In this document: positions 28,994-41,500 of the stretch, one piece after another | How positions within the stretch are numbered: position 1 is the first letter of the stretch | How the letters are laid out: each line of letters starts with the position of its first letter | From: Amphiscolops sp. MND2022 | Taxonomy: Eukaryota | DNA: 64,000 bases | NCBI GenBank assembly: GCA_964187785.1 | Contig: OZ076409.1 | Span: forward strand, 93,312,001-93,376,000 | Direction: 5' to 3' | Made by a program: the position numbers and the translations under genes | Notes under the pieces: model-generated | The model's input: only the letters and a program-made list of their open reading frames with translations | What the model was told of the DNA's origin: nothing | The model's database searches: none

Positions 28994-29314
28994 TTCACCA
29001 CAATGTCGGACAAACCAAGAATTTTTTGCCGACGAAAAACGTTTCGAATAGTTTCAACATTTATAGAACCAGCACATATTTTGATCAAACGTAGCATGAG
29101 ACTTCCTCACAATGAATCATGAAGATTTATCCAATATACGTTTCCGGATGCATTGAGCTGTTTGATTATTCTACATAAGAATCGGATATATCTTCATGAT
29201 TCATTGTGAGGAAATCTCATGCTGCGTTTGATCAAAATATGTGCTGGTCTTATAAACTTTTCGAAACGTTTTCGGTCGGCAAAAAATTCTCGGTTTGTCC
29301 GACATTGTGGTGAA
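28994..29314. mobile_element. MITE-like foldback element with ~140-bp imperfect inverted arms
   Basis: TTCACCACAATGTCGGACAAACC... is mirrored by ...GGTTTGTCCGACATTGTGGTGAA, with a central spacer of ~45 bp. The TSD is unclear. Confidence 0.8.
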
Positions 29315-29360
29315 AGTTTTCTTCCCGTGTAACTGTGTTTTATTTCATCTTTTAGTTAGG

Positions 29361-29942
29361 AACAAGCCGGAAACGGTCAAGTCGGCGCACCGCTATGGTC
29401 CTAAAAATAAATGTTTTTTAGACATGCAAGGTGACACTATTTTTAGAAATTCATCAATTTTACACTGCCAGAAAATACCCCAAGGGATACGAGTAAGACT
29501 TGAAAATCACGTTTTCCCCAACTGGAATCAGCAAAAACCCATCTTGCAAAACCGAAAACGAGAACTTTTCAAAAAACGCAAAAAAAATTTCTCCTGTAAG
29601 TCGCATAGTACGAAAAAACCAAGGCGAGGATTCTTGGGGATTTTTAACATCCATTCTGTTGCAAATATCAAAAAATTGAGCCTTTGGATGCCTAAAAAAA
29701 TTACGAAAAAAGAGTCACAGTGTTGAAAGGGGGGACTCTCATATTGTCAAAGAAAGTGGAAAGGGGAGACTTGTCTGCTTTGGACAGGTTTTATATTTCG
29801 TGTTAGAGACTTTGGATGCGTTCAAAACGAAGTACTTATAGTACAAGTGCATAGTGTACAAAAAATGGACCGTTCGCGTTGAACTGACGGAAAAAACTAG
29901 CCACAGTAAGAGTCGTGCTTGTTCTTCGAAAACGCCGACTAA
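29361..29942 (-). mobile_element. Diverged HINE-like element of a related subfamily
   Basis: Begins AACAAGCCGGAAACGGTCAAGTCGGCGC and ends AACGCCGACTAAAA, the same terminal layout as 16340-17017. It shares the internal AACATCCATTCTGT motif. Confidence 0.7.
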
Positions 29943-30687
29943 AAATCCTTTTCTATTCGGAAAGTCATCTCTTTGGATGTTTTTGTTTCGGCATTATGAG
30001 ATACAGATGATTGTCAATCAAAATAGTTTTCAGTACGTTTACAAATCTTTCATATTTTGAACGATTTGATTGAAAACGCCGATTTGAGATTTTTGGTTTT
30101 GTTATTTTCCGCCCACATATTATTGGGGAGGAAAATCATAATCTGTGTTGCGTTTTTTTTTATTTATTACTTTAGAGTGGTAATTTGTTACTTCAATTAA
30201 TACTAGAGAAGTATTTTGGATTCACTACTAGTATTACTCCATTTATTACTAGTAAATAGTAATTTGGATACTTTAGTCACCGAGGCACAGTTAGTAGTCG
30301 AACCCGTGGTGATGCGTTACATTTTAGCGGAAAATATCCCGGTGCTTAGCGGGCGTCTTGTTTATGAATCAAGATAGAATCAGTTGAATTTTTTTTTATT
30401 TTAGTTAATCTTCCAAATGATTATATCCAAACCCAATGTTTAAGTTTCTCTACACACCCAGTGCAAAATATATTGAAGTTTATGGAACGATCTTGCATTT
30501 TCTTACTCACACCTCTTCAAGTTCACTCTTAAAAGATTTGATATGATCTTGTTTGATGTTGCTAAACACTAACTTCCGCAACTTTCTTCTGAGAGTCTTA
30601 GTGAGAGGCCTTTCGAAAAACTCAAGGAAATTGTTAACTTGCAAAACGAACAAGACTATTGTCTACAACTATTTTGCTTATGTTCGC

Positions 30688-33170
30688 TGTCACAGTCCGC
30701 TCCCGGACTGGATTGTGGATGTAGACGGATTGGGTTCGGACGAGGACACGGCTGTACAGCGAAACTTCCGAAAAGGTATTTTGGCTACTGACTTGAACTT
30801 TCATACTAATGTTAGAATAAACTGTGACTAAAAGTACGTCTAGCTTGCGCAAAGTTTAAATGAAAATGAGAATAGAAACTAAAATGAGCCAAAATGATTT
30901 CACACACTTCCGGCAGGACGTTTTCATCTCGTCAAAATGGGAACATTCGCCACCTGAAAACTTAATTAAGTATGCGTCTTGAAATAAAGACCATAAACTG
31001 ATCTAAACGAAAATATACCCAAAATCACCACTGGAAAAAGAACATTATCTGGATCTAAAATAGAAAGTACATTGAGATGACACACTGAAATATATACTCC
31101 TTTTCTAAGAAAGGCGGTTTAATTACACTTTGAACAGCAGTTAGTGCGGATTAGGACGTCGGCACTGCGCTAGGTAAACAAAATAAAGGATACATGTATA
31201 TTAGACGTCGGTAAGAAACAGACTTGAAAGTATATAATGTGACGTCACCGTTTCGTCCGCGCTCACTAGAGAACCATTCCAATTTACCGCCTATATTAGT
31301 GACACTACTTAAAATCATTCCAATTTTCCGCCATAGTGACGTCACGGTATTGCCTTCTCGGCGCGGACTAATTCTACTTCAAATTTACGTCCGCGTTACG
31401 TCCAATATCGGCGACCTATAGCCAATCTTAATACGTACGTCCACGTTACGTCCAAAATCCATCAAAATAGTCGGTTTAATCCATCTAATTCAGTGGAATG
31501 AATATTAATATGTCGGATTTGACGGAAGAGAAACGTTTAAAGATGTTTTAGAATTCTACGAGGTTAAGGATAAAACTTGATAATTTACGTCCTGTTCCCG
31601 GCAATGAAAATACTAATCTTTTGGAATCACATTGTAAAATGACCCGATTAGGATTTCCATGTTCTTCATAATTAAAGTCACAGTTTATTCCAAAGGGGAA
31701 TGCTATTAATGTACATTTTATGCTGTTTGAAGTAGAACATAAATATGATTGTGTATAACCTGACGTCAATCTGACGTATCTGAAAGTTGTGGGCTATGAA
31801 CCAGCAAAGATTATATTTTAATAATGAGGTCATATTTTTATAATATTCATGTTCGTGTTTTTCCCTCAATATAACTGTGCTTGTTGTTGTTTTATACATC
31901 TCATTGTGATCATTTTCATACCACTTTTGGCAACTGACTGTTTCACTTTTATTAGTTCGGTCCAACGACGTCAAGACGTCAAAGTTTAAATTCGAATACG
32001 AATGAATTCAATTATGAAATTCATACTCGTTAATACCTTTGATTTTAATACGTCATAGCTCCGTCCACCTTTTCAGCCAATTTTGTAGTAGCCAAAAGCT
32101 GTTGCCAAATCATTCTAGTTTTCTAATGTAAATGTTGGTGTTACGTTAATTTGGTTTAATTACTATTTATCTGAATTGGGAATTCAACTCAAAAATTGAA
32201 GCTAATTCCATAGCTTTGTCCTTATTTTTCCTAGCATCATTGGGAATTCCAAAGCTGAAAACATTAGTCATAGCATTTCCTTCAAGTAAAAATTCAAAAT
32301 CAGGTATTAGTTGTTCACGTCAGCGTCATCTTAGCGTCATTTTCCTACGAACCAAAGCAGTAAAACAGGGAATCATTTCCGGTTTGACAGACTGAAGTAA
32401 TATCTACTTCCTGCTTGGGAGGAAAGCAAAGGACGCCGAGCTGAAATGATATGGTCGTGGTTGATGACTAATGCTAGATTGAAATTGTCGTGTCTCAAAA
32501 ATTGACGAGTTATCGGCGTAAAATTGGGAACAAAATGATTTTTTCATCGAAAACACAGGAAATGACTAATTGTTCAAGGAAAATTAGGATTTTAATCGTG
32601 ATCAAATGATGCTAGGAGGGTATATATAGGATGGTTTTCATTGACTCAGGGACTCAGTCTTTTGCAATTGTTTAATTCAGTTGAATTCTCAATTTCGCTA
32701 AACTCTAATCTCAGCTAACTTTGTTGAAAATTATCTTTGGAAAAATCAATTCTTCAAGATAAAACTTTTCTTCAAAATGTCTACAACTAGAAGCCAGAAA
32801 AGAAGGAATGAGCACCAAGGCGACAAGGACGTAAGTGAAGGTTTTATTTCACCAATAGTGGTAGAAAATCCGTGTTCTTCAAACCGGGACGATGAGGCAG
32901 CGGGGCCTTCTAAACCAAAATCCCCTCGGATTGAGAATAGTCTCTTAGAAAGTTTAAGAGCTTCCTTGAAAGAGGAAATAACATCAGAGATTAAGAATCT
33001 TCTTATCGAATCTCAGAAGGAAATGTTGAAACTCTTGAAACCTGAAACAAGAGGGATTATTAGAGAAAATACCGAAGAAGAGGTAGAAGAGGAAACTAGA
33101 AGTTTCTACACTCCTACAAAATCAGTGAGAATAAGTTCTACTCAAAACGACTCGATAGCATGTCGTAACA
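30688..33170 (+). repeat. LTR copy 1 (duplicate of the 5' LTR), 2483 bp
   Basis: TGTCAC...GTAACA, preceded by TTCGC and followed by the PBS, the same as 34955-37437. Confidence 0.95.
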
Positions 33171-34072
33171 TGGTGACAGGAGTTTTAACCGACTCCACTA
33201 ACCAGCCAAAAAGAACGAAGGCCCGGTCCCAAAGTCAGCCAACGTCAAAAGAACGTCCAGTTGTGGCAAGGACCCTGTTTACATCGGAAAAAGGTGACAG
33301 CACAACGCTGCCCATGCCAAAGGCACTAACGGCATCTCTCCCAACGTTCGACGGGAAATCAGAAAAATTTGAATTATTCGAAGATCTTTTCCGCAACAAC
33401 ATAAAAATGTATCCCCATCTCACGGAAATACAGAAAATTAACTATTTCCACTCGCTACTCAGAGGAGACGCCCTCCAGGCGTTTTGCAATATAGAAGACG
33501 CGAAAAAAGATTCCCTTGACGAAATAATGACGATATTCAAACGACGTTTCGGGGACTACCTATCTACGGCTAAAGCAAGATGTGAATGGGATGCGCTCAG
33601 ATTTGACCCCTCGAACCAGAAACTCCATGAATTTCTCGACGTACTTCAAAAAACGGCCCAAGAAGCCTTCGGATCTGAAGCCCAACAATTCATTGACAAG
33701 GCAATATACGCAAAAATGCCAGACCATGTAAAAAAGATACTAAACAGGGCGTACCTCGAAGACAAGCCATATAATGACATTGTGCTACACTTGGAAAGAG
33801 AAATGAGGCTTAACGGCCTTGGGGCGCCAGATGAAGTAACACTAGTACCACTCAATAAAGTAGAACCGGCCCCAACAAAAACTGAGTCCAAACAAGTCGA
33901 CAGCACGACGCAAAATGTCAAAAAAGGATATTGCTTCTACTGCAACAAATTTGGACACTACAAAAATTACGAAAAAAGAGTCACAGTGTTGAAAGGGGGG
34001 ACTCTCATATTGTCAAAGAAAGTGGAAAGGGGAGACTTGTCTGCTTTGGACAGGTTTTATATTTCGTGTTAG
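32777..34072 (+). CDS. gag: Truncated gag copy fused in frame to a ~36-aa tail from the HINE-like repeat
   Basis: Identical to 37044-38480 up to CFYCNKFGHYK, then reads across the duplication junction. Confidence 0.85.
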   Translation: MSTTRSQKRRNEHQGDKDVSEGFISPIVVENPCSSNRDDEAAGPSKPKSPRIENSLLESLRASLKEEITSEIKNLLIESQKEMLKLLKPETRGIIRENTEEEVEEETRSFYTPTKSVRISSTQNDSIACRNMVTGVLTDSTNQPKRTKARSQSQPTSKERPVVARTLFTSEKGDSTTLPMPKALTASLPTFDGKSEKFELFEDLFRNNIKMYPHLTEIQKINYFHSLLRGDALQAFCNIEDAKKDSLDEIMTIFKRRFGDYLSTAKARCEWDALRFDPSNQKLHEFLDVLQKTAQEAFGSEAQQFIDKAIYAKMPDHVKKILNRAYLEDKPYNDIVLHLEREMRLNGLGAPDEVTLVPLNKVEPAPTKTESKQVDSTTQNVKKGYCFYCNKFGHYKNYEKRVTVLKGGTLILSKKVERGDLSALDRFYISC

Positions 34073-34954
34073 AGACTTTGGATGCGTTCAAAACGAAGTA
34101 CTTATAGTACAAGTGCATAGTGTACAAAAAATGGACCGTTCGCGTTGAACTGACGGAAAAAACTAGCCACAGTAAGAGTCGTGCTTGTTCTTCGAAAACG
34201 CCGACTAAAAATCCTTTTCTATTCGGAAAGTCATCTCTTTGGATGTTTTTGTTTCGGCATTATGAGATACAGATGATTGTCAATCAAAATAGTTTTCAGT
34301 ACGTTTACAAATCTTTCATATTTTGAACGATTTGATTGAAAACGCCGATTTGAGATTTTTGGTTTTGTTATTTTCCGCCCACATATTATTGGGGAGGAAA
34401 ATCATAATCTGTGTTGCGTTTTTTTTTATTTATTACTTTAGAGTGGTAATTTGTTACTTCAATTAATACTAGAGAAGTATTTTGGATTCACTACTAGTAT
34501 TACTCCATTTATTACTAGTAAATAGTAATTTGGATACTTTAGTCACCGAGGCACAGTTAGTAGTCGAACCCGTGGTGATGCGTTACATTTTAGCGGAAAA
34601 TATCCCGGTGCTTAGCGGGCGTCTTGTTTATGAATCAAGATAGAATCAGTTGAATTTTTTTTTTATTTTAGTTAATCTTCCAAATGATTATATCCAAACC
34701 CAATGTTTAAGTTTCTCTACACACCCAGTGCAAAATATATTGAAGTTTATGGAACGATCTTGCATTTTCTTACTCACACCTCTTCAAGTTCACTCTTAAA
34801 AGATTTGATATGATCTTGTTTGATGTTGCTAAACACTAACTTCCGCAACTTTCTTCTGAGAGTCTTAGTGAGAGGCCTTTCGAAAAACTCAAGGAAATTG
34901 TTAACTTGCAAAACGAACAAGACTATTGTCTACAACTATTTTGCTTATGTTCGC

Positions 34955-37437
34955 TGTCACAGTCCGCTCCCGGACTGGATTGTGGATGTAGACGGATTGG
35001 GTTCGGACGAGGACACGGCTGTACAGCGAAACTTCCGAAAAGGTATTTTGGCTACTGACTTGAACTTTCATACTAATGTTAGAATAAACTGTGACTAAAA
35101 GTACGTCTAGCTTGCGCAAAGTTTAAATGAAAATGAGAATAGAAACTAAAATGAGCCAAAATGATTTCACACACTTCCGGCAGGACGTTTTCATCTCGTC
35201 AAAATGGGAACATTCGCCACCTGAAAACTTAATTAAGTATGCGTCTTGAAATAAAGACCATAAACTGATCTAAACGAAAATATACCCAAAATCACCACTG
35301 GAAAAAGAACATTATCTGGATCTAAAATAGAAAGTACATTGAGATGACACACTGAAATATATACTCCTTTTCTAAGAAAGGCGGTTTAATTACACTTTGA
35401 ACAGCAGTTAGTGCGGATTAGGACGTCGGCACTGCGCTAGGTAAACAAAATAAAGGATACATGTATATTAGACGTCGGTAAGAAACAGACTTGAAAGTAT
35501 ATAATGTGACGTCACCGTTTCGTCCGCGCTCACTAGAGAACCATTCCAATTTACCGCCTATATTAGTGACACTACTTAAAATCATTCCAATTTTCCGCCA
35601 TAGTGACGTCACGGTATTGCCTTCTCGGCGCGGACTAATTCTACTTCAAATTTACGTCCGCGTTACGTCCAATATCGGCGACCTATAGCCAATCTTAATA
35701 CGTACGTCCACGTTACGTCCAAAATCCATCAAAATAGTCGGTTTAATCCATCTAATTCAGTGGAATGAATATTAATATGTCGGATTTGACGGAAGAGAAA
35801 CGTTTAAAGATGTTTTAGAATTCTACGAGGTTAAGGATAAAACTTGATAATTTACGTCCTGTTCCCGGCAATGAAAATACTAATCTTTTGGAATCACATT
35901 GTAAAATGACCCGATTAGGATTTCCATGTTCTTCATAATTAAAGTCACAGTTTATTCCAAAGGGGAATGCTATTAATGTACATTTTATGCTGTTTGAAGT
36001 AGAACATAAATATGATTGTGTATAACCTGACGTCAATCTGACGTATCTGAAAGTTGTGGGCTATGAACCAGCAAAGATTATATTTTAATAATGAGGTCAT
36101 ATTTTTATAATATTCATGTTCGTGTTTTTCCCTCAATATAACTGTGCTTGTTGTTGTTTTATACATCTCATTGTGATCATTTTCATACCACTTTTGGCAA
36201 CTGACTGTTTCACTTTTATTAGTTCGGTCCAACGACGTCAAGACGTCAAAGTTTAAATTCGAATACGAATGAATTCAATTATGAAATTCATACTCGTTAA
36301 TACCTTTGATTTTAATACGTCATAGCTCCGTCCACCTTTTCAGCCAATTTTGTAGTAGCCAAAAGCTGTTGCCAAATCATTCTAGTTTTCTAATGTAAAT
36401 GTTGGTGTTACGTTAATTTGGTTTAATTACTATTTATCTGAATTGGGAATTCAACTCAAAAATTGAAGCTAATTCCATAGCTTTGTCCTTATTTTTCCTA
36501 GCATCATTGGGAATTCCAAAGCTGAAAACATTAGTCATAGCATTTCCTTCAAGTAAAAATTCAAAATCAGGTATTAGTTGTTCACGTCAGCGTCATCTTA
36601 GCGTCATTTTCCTACGAACCAAAGCAGTAAAACAGGGAATCATTTCCGGTTTGACAGACTGAAGTAATATCTACTTCCTGCTTGGGAGGAAAGCAAAGGA
36701 CGCCGAGCTGAAATGATATGGTCGTGGTTGATGACTAATGCTAGATTGAAATTGTCGTGTCTCAAAAATTGACGAGTTATCGGCGTAAAATTGGGAACAA
36801 AATGATTTTTTCATCGAAAACACAGGAAATGACTAATTGTTCAAGGAAAATTAGGATTTTAATCGTGATCAAATGATGCTAGGAGGGTATATATAGGATG
36901 GTTTTCATTGACTCAGGGACTCAGTCTTTTGCAATTGTTTAATTCAGTTGAATTCTCAATTTCGCTAAACTCTAATCTCAGCTAACTTTGTTGAAAATTA
37001 TCTTTGGAAAAATCAATTCTTCAAGATAAAACTTTTCTTCAAAATGTCTACAACTAGAAGCCAGAAAAGAAGGAATGAGCACCAAGGCGACAAGGACGTA
37101 AGTGAAGGTTTTATTTCACCAATAGTGGTAGAAAATCCGTGTTCTTCAAACCGGGACGATGAGGCAGCGGGGCCTTCTAAACCAAAATCCCCTCGGATTG
37201 AGAATAGTCTCTTAGAAAGTTTAAGAGCTTCCTTGAAAGAGGAAATAACATCAGAGATTAAGAATCTTCTTATCGAATCTCAGAAGGAAATGTTGAAACT
37301 CTTGAAACCTGAAACAAGAGGGATTATTAGAGAAAATACCGAAGAAGAGGTAGAAGAGGAAACTAGAAGTTTCTACACTCCTACAAAATCAGTGAGAATA
37401 AGTTCTACTCAAAACGACTCGATAGCATGTCGTAACA
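34955..37437 (+). repeat. 5' LTR, 2483 bp
   Basis: Direct repeat of 48779-51261 with about 7 substitutions seen by eye. Confidence 0.97.
36888..36926 (+). promoter_or_regulatory. Putative LTR core promoter (TATA box and initiator)
   Basis: TATATATA at 36888-36895 and Inr-like TCAGTC at 36921-36926, about 120 nt before the gag ATG. Confidence 0.55.
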
Positions 37438-38480
37438 TGGTGACAGGAGTTTTAACCGACTCCACTAACCAGCCAAAAAGAACGAAGGCCCGGTCCCAAA
37501 GTCAGCCAACGTCAAAAGAACGTCCAGTTGTGGCAAGGACCCTGTTTACATCGGAAAAAGGTGACAGCACAACGCTGCCCATGCCAAAGGCACTAACGGC
37601 ATCTCTCCCAACGTTCGACGGGAAATCGGAAAAATTTGAATTATTCGAAGATCTTTTCCGCAACAACATAAAAATGTATCCCCATCTCACGGAAATACAG
37701 AAAATTAACTATTTCCACTCGCTACTCAGAGGAGACGCCCTCCAGGCGTTTTGCAATATAGAAGACGCGAAAAAAGATTCCCTTGACGAAATAATGACGA
37801 TATTCAAACGACGTTTCGGGGACTACCTATCTACGGCTAAAGCAAGATGTGAATGGGATGCGCTCAGATTTGACCCCTCGAACCAGAAACTCCATGAATT
37901 TCTCGACGTACTTCAAAAAACGGCCCAAGAAGCCTTCGGATCTGAAGCCCAACAATTCATTGACAAGGCAATATACGCAAAAATGCCAGACCATGTAAAA
38001 AAGATACTAAACAGGGCGTACCTCGAAGACAAGCCATATAATGACATTGTGCTACACTTGGAAAGAGAAATGAGGCTTAACGGCCTTGGGGCGCCAGATG
38101 AAGTAACACTAGTACCACTCAATAAAGTAGAACCGGCCCCAACAAAAACTGAGTCCAAACAAGTCGACAGCACGACGCAAAATGTCAAAAAAGGATATTG
38201 CTTCTACTGCAACAAATTTGGACACTACAAAGCGGAATGCAGGAAAATGAAGAGAGATAAATGGATGCAGACCAGGAAGAACAATGGTCAAACCAACTCT
38301 AGTGCAGGCAAGTCGCTTAAATGCGACACATGCGGCAAACCTCACAAAACGGAAGATTGTTGGAACGGAGCCAACTCTGCCAACGATCCACGACCTAAGC
38401 GTCACAATAACCCGGAATCAAAAAGGGACGTTGCCGTCCAACCAACGACAGCTAACTCTGTCATTGAATCAAAAAACTAG
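37044..38480 (+). CDS. gag: Gag polyprotein, 478 aa, with two zinc knuckles
   Basis: Capsid-like region LPTFDGKSEKFELFEDLF. Knuckles CFYCNKFGHYKAEC and CDTCGKPHKTEDC. The ATG lies 394 nt inside the LTR. Confidence 0.93.
   Translation: MSTTRSQKRRNEHQGDKDVSEGFISPIVVENPCSSNRDDEAAGPSKPKSPRIENSLLESLRASLKEEITSEIKNLLIESQKEMLKLLKPETRGIIRENTEEEVEEETRSFYTPTKSVRISSTQNDSIACRNMVTGVLTDSTNQPKRTKARSQSQPTSKERPVVARTLFTSEKGDSTTLPMPKALTASLPTFDGKSEKFELFEDLFRNNIKMYPHLTEIQKINYFHSLLRGDALQAFCNIEDAKKDSLDEIMTIFKRRFGDYLSTAKARCEWDALRFDPSNQKLHEFLDVLQKTAQEAFGSEAQQFIDKAIYAKMPDHVKKILNRAYLEDKPYNDIVLHLEREMRLNGLGAPDEVTLVPLNKVEPAPTKTESKQVDSTTQNVKKGYCFYCNKFGHYKAECRKMKRDKWMQTRKNNGQTNSSAGKSLKCDTCGKPHKTEDCWNGANSANDPRPKRHNNPESKRDVAVQPTTANSVIESKN
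37438..37450 (+). promoter_or_regulatory. Primer-binding site, probably tRNA-Leu type
   Basis: TGGTGACAGGAGT directly follows the LTR end. It matches 12/13 to the complement of the 3' end of animal tRNA-Leu(CAG), TGGTGTCAGGAGT, recalled from memory. Confidence 0.7.
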
Positions 38481-38524
38481 ATACGCCGCGCCTGCGCTTC
38501 GGGGAAACAGTAGACGCGAGGGCG
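38471..38524 (+). promoter_or_regulatory. -1 ribosomal frameshift signal (A AAA AAC plus downstream GC-rich stem)
   Basis: The slippery heptamer at 38471-38477 sits just before the gag stop. The -1 frame is open from here into the pol ORF. CGCGCCTGC...GTAGACGCG can pair downstream. Confidence 0.8.
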
Positions 38525-41500
38525 TATTCACCAAATGATCCCCCTACTACATACACCAACGAAACAACTATAGAATGTGACGGAACTCCAACAGAGGACT
38601 GGCTGAGACGTCAAGCACTCGCTTCCATACGAAGACCCCTCATACAAACCGAAAAGGAACTGACACAAGATGAAGATCATGGAGACGACCACAAACAACA
38701 CCCAAATCCTCTCATCCAGCCACCCCTCACCAATACAACACGATCCACCATAACCCAAACAGAACAAACCGAAAACGCCCTCGACGACCAACCATCGTCA
38801 ACACAGACAAAGGAAGATACCTATGGCTCCACCCAAGCACCTATCTTCCCAGAGGATTTCCCCACATCTCTTAACTCTATCAAAGAGTATGTTACTGAAA
38901 AAGATGGAGAGACGTACTTACCACTCCACTCCACCATAGTCCTCAAGAATAGAAGGAGAATGCTGTACTTGCCACTCGAATTCGGCGAGATAACAATGGA
39001 TGGACTCGTCGACTCAGGCGCGTTCATCAATGCCATGTCCTGGTCAGATTACAACGCAATTAAAATGAATAGTGATAGTTGTGTCATAAAAGAATACCCC
39101 CAACCCCCCTTCAAGATCGAATGCGCAAACGCACAACTAGAACAACCAATAGCCACGGCAGACATCCAGTTCAATATTGGAACATATACCTTCACGGATA
39201 CCTTCGTCATCCTATCGAAAACGTCATTCCCCATCATAGGATTGATTTTCATGAGAAATCATCAAGCAGTAATTGACACTGCCAACGGAACCATCAATTT
39301 CCCGCACGTCGAAATGACGTTAGCCATGACAGACGAAATGAAAAAATGCAACCCAAAGCCGCTTCAAATAATGGCAGAAGGACATCAGACACTGCCGCCT
39401 CAACAGACAACAACAGTAAACGCAATAGTCATAACCACAAACATGCATGACGTCACTGGTGCGGTACAACCACTACCACAATTTGATGAAACAGCAACAA
39501 CCATTGTTGCACCAGCTCTGGCGACAGCCCATAACAAAAGGCTCAACATCAGAATCGCCAACCTAACGGATTTCCCACATACAATAAAGAATCATACAAA
39601 GCTGGCAGAACTACAAATCCTCAAACCTGAGGACACGAAACAAATACGACCAGTTGACGCCGCCGCACTCAAATTGTTAGAAGATCCTGATGACACACAC
39701 ATGTACATCAACGAGCTTATGAAATCAAATGAACACGAACAGAGCGATGAAAACCTCTGGTTCCCCACACCCGAGAATCCAGGGAACGAAGAAGAACATA
39801 CGCCAATCCAACGTCGGATCTTGAAGGAAATCCGTGAACTCATCCAAAAAGAAAACTTAGATCCAACCAAAGACCCAGAATCAAGACAAAAATTCCTTGA
39901 CATGTTCCAGTGGGAAGGCTCCCAAATCGAAGGCAATGACAGGAAGCAACTTGAACAAACAATAATCGAATACAACGACATTTTTGCGCGTCATCGCCTT
40001 GACATTGGAATCAACAATAGCTTCAAAGTCAAATTAACTCCGAAAGACGAGCGTCCGATTTACACGCAAAGTTTGCCGGTACCAATCAATTTGAAAGAAG
40101 ACCTAACAGTCGAATTGGCGCTAATGCACAGGTACGGCATAATAACGACCCTACCATTTTCAAAGTATGCAAGCCCAATTTTCGCACAGAGAAAACCAAA
40201 TGGCAAATTGCGTCTACTTGTCGACCTGCGAAAAATAAACGCACTAATCTCAGATGACTACATCAACAATAACCATCCAGTTAGCACCTTGTCAGATGCG
40301 GCTCAACACCTAGCTGGTAAAAAGCTATTTTGCAAATTAGACTGCTCTCAAGCATACCACTGCTTACAAATGGCAGATCAAAGATCCATTGAAATGCTGG
40401 CGTTTAACTTCGCAAGCAGGACGTTTGCCTACAGACGCTTAGCACAAGGACTGAGCAGGGCTCTGTCGGCATTTTCAAGTTTCATGAGAGAATACTTAGA
40501 CAAAGTGATCAAAGCCGACCAGTGCGCACAATATGTGGATGATATCGGGATTGCAGCCAATTCAGTGACGCAACTGATACGTAACATCAAAGCCGTTTTC
40601 GAATGCATCAGACAAGCGGGGCTTAAACTAACCATAGAAAAATGCCATTTCGGGGTGACTGAGGTTGAATTTCTTGGAAGAACAATCACTCCACAAGGAA
40701 TCGCCCCCCAAGACCATAAAATACAAAAATTTCTGGCAAATGTACGATTTCCAAAGTCAAAAAAGCAGGTACAAAGATACATTGGTTTTGTCAATTATTA
40801 TCGCAATTACATCCCGCGATTATCTGAAAAATTACTCGGATTCTATGAATTGTTGAAAGCAGATAAACAAATCAAAATCACAGAAGAATTACTTGACCAT
40901 TACAAAGCTATCAACGCAGCACTGGCACAAGCTTGCGGTCTGGCACTCAAACAACCAATCACAGGACGACAGTACGTCCTGATGACGGACGCCAGTTTCC
41001 GAGCCTCCGGCAACGCACTAATGATTGAGGAAAACAACGACAAAAAACTCAATTCAAAAAAGAAGACATTTGCACCGGTCGCATTCGGATCGAAAGTATT
41101 TTCCCCAGCTCAACTAAAAATGTCTATTTACTGCAAAGAATTCCTAGCAATTTACCATGCATTTCTAGAGTACAGCCATATATTGTGGGAAGCGCAGCTA
41201 CCAACACTCGTAATGACCGATAACAGGTCAGTCACACGCTTCTTTCAAACAAAAGCCATACCGCCTACGCTGTGGAACGCGTGTGATTATGTGCTACAAT
41301 TCAACTTCCACATAATGCACGTCGCTGGTACGCAAAACACTGCAGCTGATTTCTTATCACGCATTGAACTTACCCCCAAAGAACGAGTTGAATTGAAAAT
41401 AAGAGAGGACATTACAATCCGGCCCATCCAAGTGAATCTCCAATCTACGGACGTCGCGGATGAGGAACAGATTTTCTTCCTTCCGGATGAAACAATTGAA

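Larger units (their letters stand above)
29696..38231. repeat. Tandem duplication of ~4267 bp (29696-33964 and 33962-38231) covering flank, 5' LTR and most of gag
   Basis: Identical ORFs recur at offset 4266-4267. The junction GGACACTAC-AAA-AATTACG has 3-nt microhomology. Only one substitution (33361 vs 37628) and one homopolymer indel were noticed. Confidence 0.95.

Noticed and set aside
35815..36600. Short minus-strand ORFs within the LTR U3 region
   Set aside because: They are under 100 aa, interrupted by stops, and have no recognisable motifs or consistent splice sites.
37438..37450. Tf1-like self-priming, because GTGACA in the PBS is complementary to the LTR start TGTCAC
   Set aside because: The match is only 6-7 nt and the LTR start is U3, not the transcript 5' end. 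The TGG start and tRNA-Leu similarity explain the PBS better.
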